NCBI GenBank assembly: GCA_964016885.1
Contig: OZ024754.1
Location: 43,028,001-43,092,000 of the forward strand
Reading direction: 5' to 3'
From: Eledone cirrhosa
Taxonomy: Eukaryota
Length of the DNA: 64,000 nt
The translations under genes and the position numbers were made by a program. The notes beneath the pieces were generated by a model. It did no database searches and was not told where the DNA came from. It saw only the letters and a list, made by a program, of their open reading frames with translations. This document shows, piece by piece, positions 57,332 to 64,000 of this stretch; within the stretch, counting starts at the first letter, position 1; every line of letters begins with the position of its first letter.

Positions 57332-57768
57332 GTGATTTAATAAATTGACACATTTGTGTTGGCGGGACAGGACAAAAACCATAGTAGACAGCAAAAAAAC
57401 TGAAGTAATGTAAAACAGAGTGAAACAAATAACAAAAGTAAAAGTTAGAATGCTTGAACTGGGAACATAATGAGATCCGAAGCTAAATACCGCCATAGTA
57501 CTTTTTTTCTACTTCCGCCATATGTTAAACTCAGCTCCATAATGGCGACGGCGGGAAAAAAACTATAGCAGTAACAACAGAGAATCCAGACAAAATAATG
57601 GTGGAAAAAAGAGGAAGTAATAACAAACAAATATACATGTGTGTGTATATATGTGCATGTATGTATGCATGTATGTATGTATGTATGTATGTATGTATGT
57701 GTATATATATATATATATGCATATATGTTTAAGTATATATATATGTATATATATGTATATATATATGC

Positions 57769-57806
<38 letters not shown>

Positions 57807-57835
57807 GCATATATATATATATATGTATATATATA

Positions 57836-57972
<137 letters not shown>

Positions 57973-58072
57973 GTATATATATATATGTATGTATGTATAT
58001 ATATATATATATGTATGTATATATATGTATATATATGTATATATATATATGTATGTATATGTATGTATATGT

Positions 58073-58110
<38 letters not shown>

Positions 58111-58830
58111 GTATATGTATGTATATATATGTATATATATGTATATATATATATGTATATATATATATATGTATATATATGTATATATATATATGTATAT
58201 ATATGTATATATATATATGTATATATATGTATATATATATATGTATATATATGTATATATATATATGTATATATATGTATATATATATATGTATATATAT
58301 GTATATATATATATGTATATATATGTATATATATATATGTATATATATGTATATATATATATGTATATATATGTATATATATATATGTATATATATGTAT
58401 ATATATGTATGTATATATATGTATATATATGTATATATATGTATATATATGTATATATATGTATGTATATATATGTATATATATGTATGTATATATATGT
58501 ATATATATGTATATATATAAATATGTATATATATAAATATGTATATATATAAATATGTATATGTATATATATATATATGTATATATATATATGTATATAT
58601 ATATATGTATGTATATATATGTATATATATGTATATATATAAATATGTATATATATATATATATATATGCGTGTGTGTATGTGTATATCATATATATGTA
58701 TATATGTGTATTTGTGTGCGTTTACATATATATACATGTATGTTGTAGGTATATTTACACACACACACACATATATATATATATATTAAAATATATATAC
58801 ATATATACATATTTGTGTGTGTGTGTGTGC

Positions 58831-58864
<34 letters not shown>

Positions 58865-59234
58865 TTATATGGTGTGATTAATTATGATATGGGATTAGCA
58901 ATTCAATAATAGCTGTTAGAATGACTAATTAGTGTGAAAGTTTTCTCGGGAATAATGTTAGTACCAGTATGGTATGCTGCTCTAGATTTACACAGAATCG
59001 CCCAGAACATTCTTTACTTTTTAATTAATGCTCTGACCATAAGTGTGGAAGTATTGTTTTTAATTGACGTCAATTTTCCTTTATGGACTGACGGACGGAC
59101 GAGAAAAAAATGTCAGCTATTATTATATTAGCAGAATAAGACAAACATACAGAACTAACTACACATAATAAATATATAATAAATATATAATAAATATATA
59201 ATGAAATGCCTACATAATATATACATACATATAT

Positions 59235-59322
<88 letters not shown>

Positions 59323-59341
59323 ATGTATGTATGTATATGTA

Positions 59342-59379
<38 letters not shown>

Positions 59380-59893
59380 CATACATTTATATACATACAT
59401 ATATACACACACATACACACATATGAGTATGTGTGTGTATTATTAAGTGATATATAATGTATACAATGGTGGTGGTGGGAGATTGCAGAGAAGGAAATAA
59501 TGGACGGATGGAGAGAGAGAGAGGGAGAGAGGGGCAAAGAGCGAGAGAGAGAGGGGTTGGGGGGGGGAGCACATCGACCCCAAAAGAGGAGAGAAAGGGC
59601 AAGCTAAATTAAGTTAATGTTGGGTGAAGGAAATTTGGAAGGTCTGTACACACACTCACACATACACATTCTTTCACACACACATATATAGAATACATAT
59701 ATATACACATATATATATATATATACACACATATATACATACAGTCAATTATACAACTGTGCAATGTCCTCTGTGTGTTTGTGTACACGCATGTCTTAAT
59801 TGGTATGTGTATGTGTTTCAGAAGTATGTGTGCGTTAGTGTGGGTATATGCTTGTTTATATGTGTACATATACTTGTGTATATACATACATTC

Positions 59894-59970
<77 letters not shown>

Positions 59971-60044
59971 TGTATGTGTGTGTGTGTGTTTATATATGTA
60001 TATATATGTATATGTATATATATATATACACATATATATTTATA

Positions 60045-60107
<63 letters not shown>

Positions 60108-60116
60108 TTATATATG

Positions 60117-60178
<62 letters not shown>

Positions 60179-60316
60179 TATGTGTGTGTATATATATATA
60201 TATACATATATATATGTGTGTGGATATATATATATATACATATATATATATATGTGTGTGTGTATATATACATATATATATATATGTGTGTGTGTATGCA
60301 TGTATGTATATGTGCG

Positions 60317-60351
<35 letters not shown>

Positions 60352-61141
60352 TGAAGTGCTGTCGCTAATTTTCAGCATTGTTGCTCCTCTTAATACGATA
60401 ATACTGCAGAAATGATTCAATAAATACACTCCATCACATCATAAATCAGTTAATAACTGCAATTATCTCATCACCATCACCATCACCATCATTATCACCA
60501 TCACCATCATTATCACCATCACCATCATTATCATTATCACCATCACCATCACCATCATTAATACCATAATAACCACCGCCATTGTAGTCATCACCATCAC
60601 CATCACCATCATTATCATTATCACCATCATTATCACCATCACCATCATTATCATTATCACCATCACCATCATTATCACCATCACCATCACCATCATTATC
60701 ACCATCACCATCACCATCATTATCACCATCACCATCACCATCATTATCACCATCACCATCACCATCATTATAACCATCACCATCTCCATCATTATCACCA
60801 TCACCATCACCATCATTATAACCATCACCATCTCCATCATTATCATTATCACCATCACCATCACCATCATTAATACCATAATAACCACCGCCATTGTAGT
60901 CATCACCATCACCATCACCATCATTAATACCATAATAGCCACCGCCATTGTAGTAGCAGCAGCAACAGCAGTAGTAGTATTAGTAGTAGTAGTATTGACA
61001 AATATCCGTTAAATAACCATTACACTAGTCCTCATGATATCATCATCATCACCATATATAATATTAAAACACAGTCACTGTTTGGTTTTGGTTCGTTTCC
61101 GCTTTATATATATATATATATATATACATATATACATATAT

Positions 61142-61200
<59 letters not shown>

Positions 61201-61231
61201 GATAAACATTGATTGACCAAGGGTTAAAAAT

Positions 61232-61279
<48 letters not shown>

Positions 61280-61293
61280 TATCTATATATCTA

Positions 61294-61380
61294 TAGTCTA
61301 TTAAAGTTATTTCGTCACACATCTGTGACATCACCAGTGGTACTATTATGTTTCCTGCTGTTATATTGTAATGTCTATGA
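61294..61380 (-). mobile_element. Family 1b fragment with mutated hammerhead
   Basis: On minus: acca CTGGTGA t gtcaca gatg tgtgac GAAA taac TT. Confidence 0.55.
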
Positions 61381-61531
61381 GAGAGAGTGACAGAGAGAGA
61401 AGAGCGAGAACGGGAGAGAGGAAGAGAGAGAGACATTACACACAGTGAGAAATTTTTTTTAAATTCTTTATTTATTAATAATTTTATTTTATATTTTTTA
61501 TAATCCTTACTAGGGTATTTTCATTGAAAGT

Positions 61532-62024
<493 letters not shown>

Positions 62025-62356
62025 CAACTTATAATTGTTATACCCTGGAGAAAACGGAAAAAGGGGTTAAAACCTCCCACAAAATAAACCAAATGTAACA
62101 CAAAATAATCAGCGATAAAATTTGAAGTTTAACCCTTAACGAGACACGGTTTGAGGACCGGGAAATGTCATATTGGTCGTTGTAACAGCACGTTTTTATA
62201 TGTCCCATCTATTTCAGTAGCATTATGGAGAGGGGGGGGGTAACCCCATAGATCATGTGTGTGGGTGTGGTAGTGGTGGTGTGGTGGTGGGAGCTGACAG
62301 GCTTGCTATAAAATGTTTCCTCCCTCTTACCTGTCTCACTTTTACACAATTATAAG

Positions 62357-62387
<31 letters not shown>

Positions 62388-62509
62388 TAGAGGGAAATAG
62401 GGAGAATGAGAGATAGGGAGGTGAGAGGGGGTGATAGAGAGAGGAGAGGGGGAACAGAGAATGAGAGATAGGGAGGTGAGAGGGGGTGATAGAGAGAGGA
62501 GAGGGGGAG

Positions 62510-62541
<32 letters not shown>

Positions 62542-62606
62542 CAGTGAATACTAGCGACAGATTTAGAAGATTTAGAGATGATAGTGTGCGTGAAAGAGAG
62601 AGATAA

Positions 62607-62637
<31 letters not shown>

Positions 62638-63693
62638 AAGTGAGAGAGAGAGGGAGAGGAAGTGAGAGGGAGAGAGAGAGTAAGTGAGAGTGAGAGAGAG
62701 AGAGAGGGAGAGGAAGAGAGAGTAAGTGAGAGAGAGAGAGAGGGAGAGGGAGAGGAAGAGTAAGTGAGAGAGAGAGCGCGACGGAGAAAGATAGGCATGT
62801 GTAGTGAGATGGAGAGATAGAGGTAGAGAGAGGGAGGGAGAGATAGAAGTAGAGAGAGATAGAGGTAGAGATAGAGATAGAGGGAGATAGAGATAGGAGG
62901 GAGAGATAGAGATAGAGGGAGAGAGAGAGAGAGAGAGATAGAGATAGATAGAGACAGGGAGAGTTGAAGTGAGCGGTGGGGAGAGACACAGTTTGTAGAA
63001 GCCATTTCTGTCAACCTCATATATTACAGAGTGACAATAAATGTGTTACAATAGAGTGGTGGTGGTGTTGGTGGTGGTGGTGGAGGTGTTGATGGTGGTG
63101 GTGGTGGTGGTGGTGATAGTGGAGGTGTTGGTGGAGGTGGTGGAGGTGTTGATGGTGGTGGTGGTGATGGTGGAGGTGTTGGTGGAGGTGTTGGTGATGG
63201 TGGTGGTGGTGGAGCTGTTGGTGGAAGTGTTGGTGATAGTGGTGGGGGAGGTGTTGGTAATGGAGGTGATGGTGGTGGGGGAGGTGTTGGTGGTGATGGT
63301 GATTGTGGTGGTGGTAATGGTAGTGGAGGTGTTGGTGGAGGTGTTGGAGGTGATGGTGGTGATGGTGGAGGTGGAGGTGTTGGTGGAGGTGGTGGAGGTG
63401 ATGGTGGTGGTGGTGTTGGTGATGGTGGATGTGATGGTGGTGGTGGATGTGATGGTGGTGGTGGTGTTGGTGATGGTGGATGTGATGGTGGTGGTGGTGT
63501 TGGTGATGGTGGATGTGATGGTGGTGGTGGTGTTGGTGATGGTGGATGTGATGGTGGTGGTGGTGTTGGTGATGGTGGATGTGATGGTGGTGGTGGAGGT
63601 GATGGTGGAGGTGTTGGTGGTAAACATCATATATTACATGAATGACAATAACTGTGTTACAGTAACGTAAGGTGGTGGAGATGATGTTGATAG

Positions 63694-63763
<70 letters not shown>

Positions 63764-63768
63764 CACAC

Positions 63769-63799
<31 letters not shown>

Positions 63800-63822
63800 T
63801 ATATATATATATATACACACAC

Positions 63823-64000
<178 letters not shown>

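Overview
Eukaryotic, extremely microsatellite-rich DNA ((TA)n, (CA)n, (GA)n, (TACA)n, (CAT)n, (TAA)n). The tRNA-derived SINE and LINE-tail sequences resemble those I recall from octopus genomes, so an octopod cephalopod is inferred. Nearly all supplied ORFs are microsatellite artefacts. The dominant hidden structure is a dense set of short non-coding elements inside (TA)n tracts. Many are long fold-back palindromes (about 100-680 bp), and they carry type I hammerhead-ribozyme (HHR) motifs from six unrelated sequence families plus one half-hammerhead family. Many have palindromic minimal stem III, and one family shows stem covariation. Their geometry (inverted repeat, one arm with an extra tail) matches the pseudo-LTRs of Penelope-like elements or non-autonomous retrozymes. 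Also present: many tRNA-SINE copies, RTE and R4/Dong LINE fragments in specific microsatellites, two hAT MITEs, several minisatellites, and a tentative minus-strand spliced gene with IL-17/cystine-knot-like cysteine spacing. All folds were read by eye and no searches were run.
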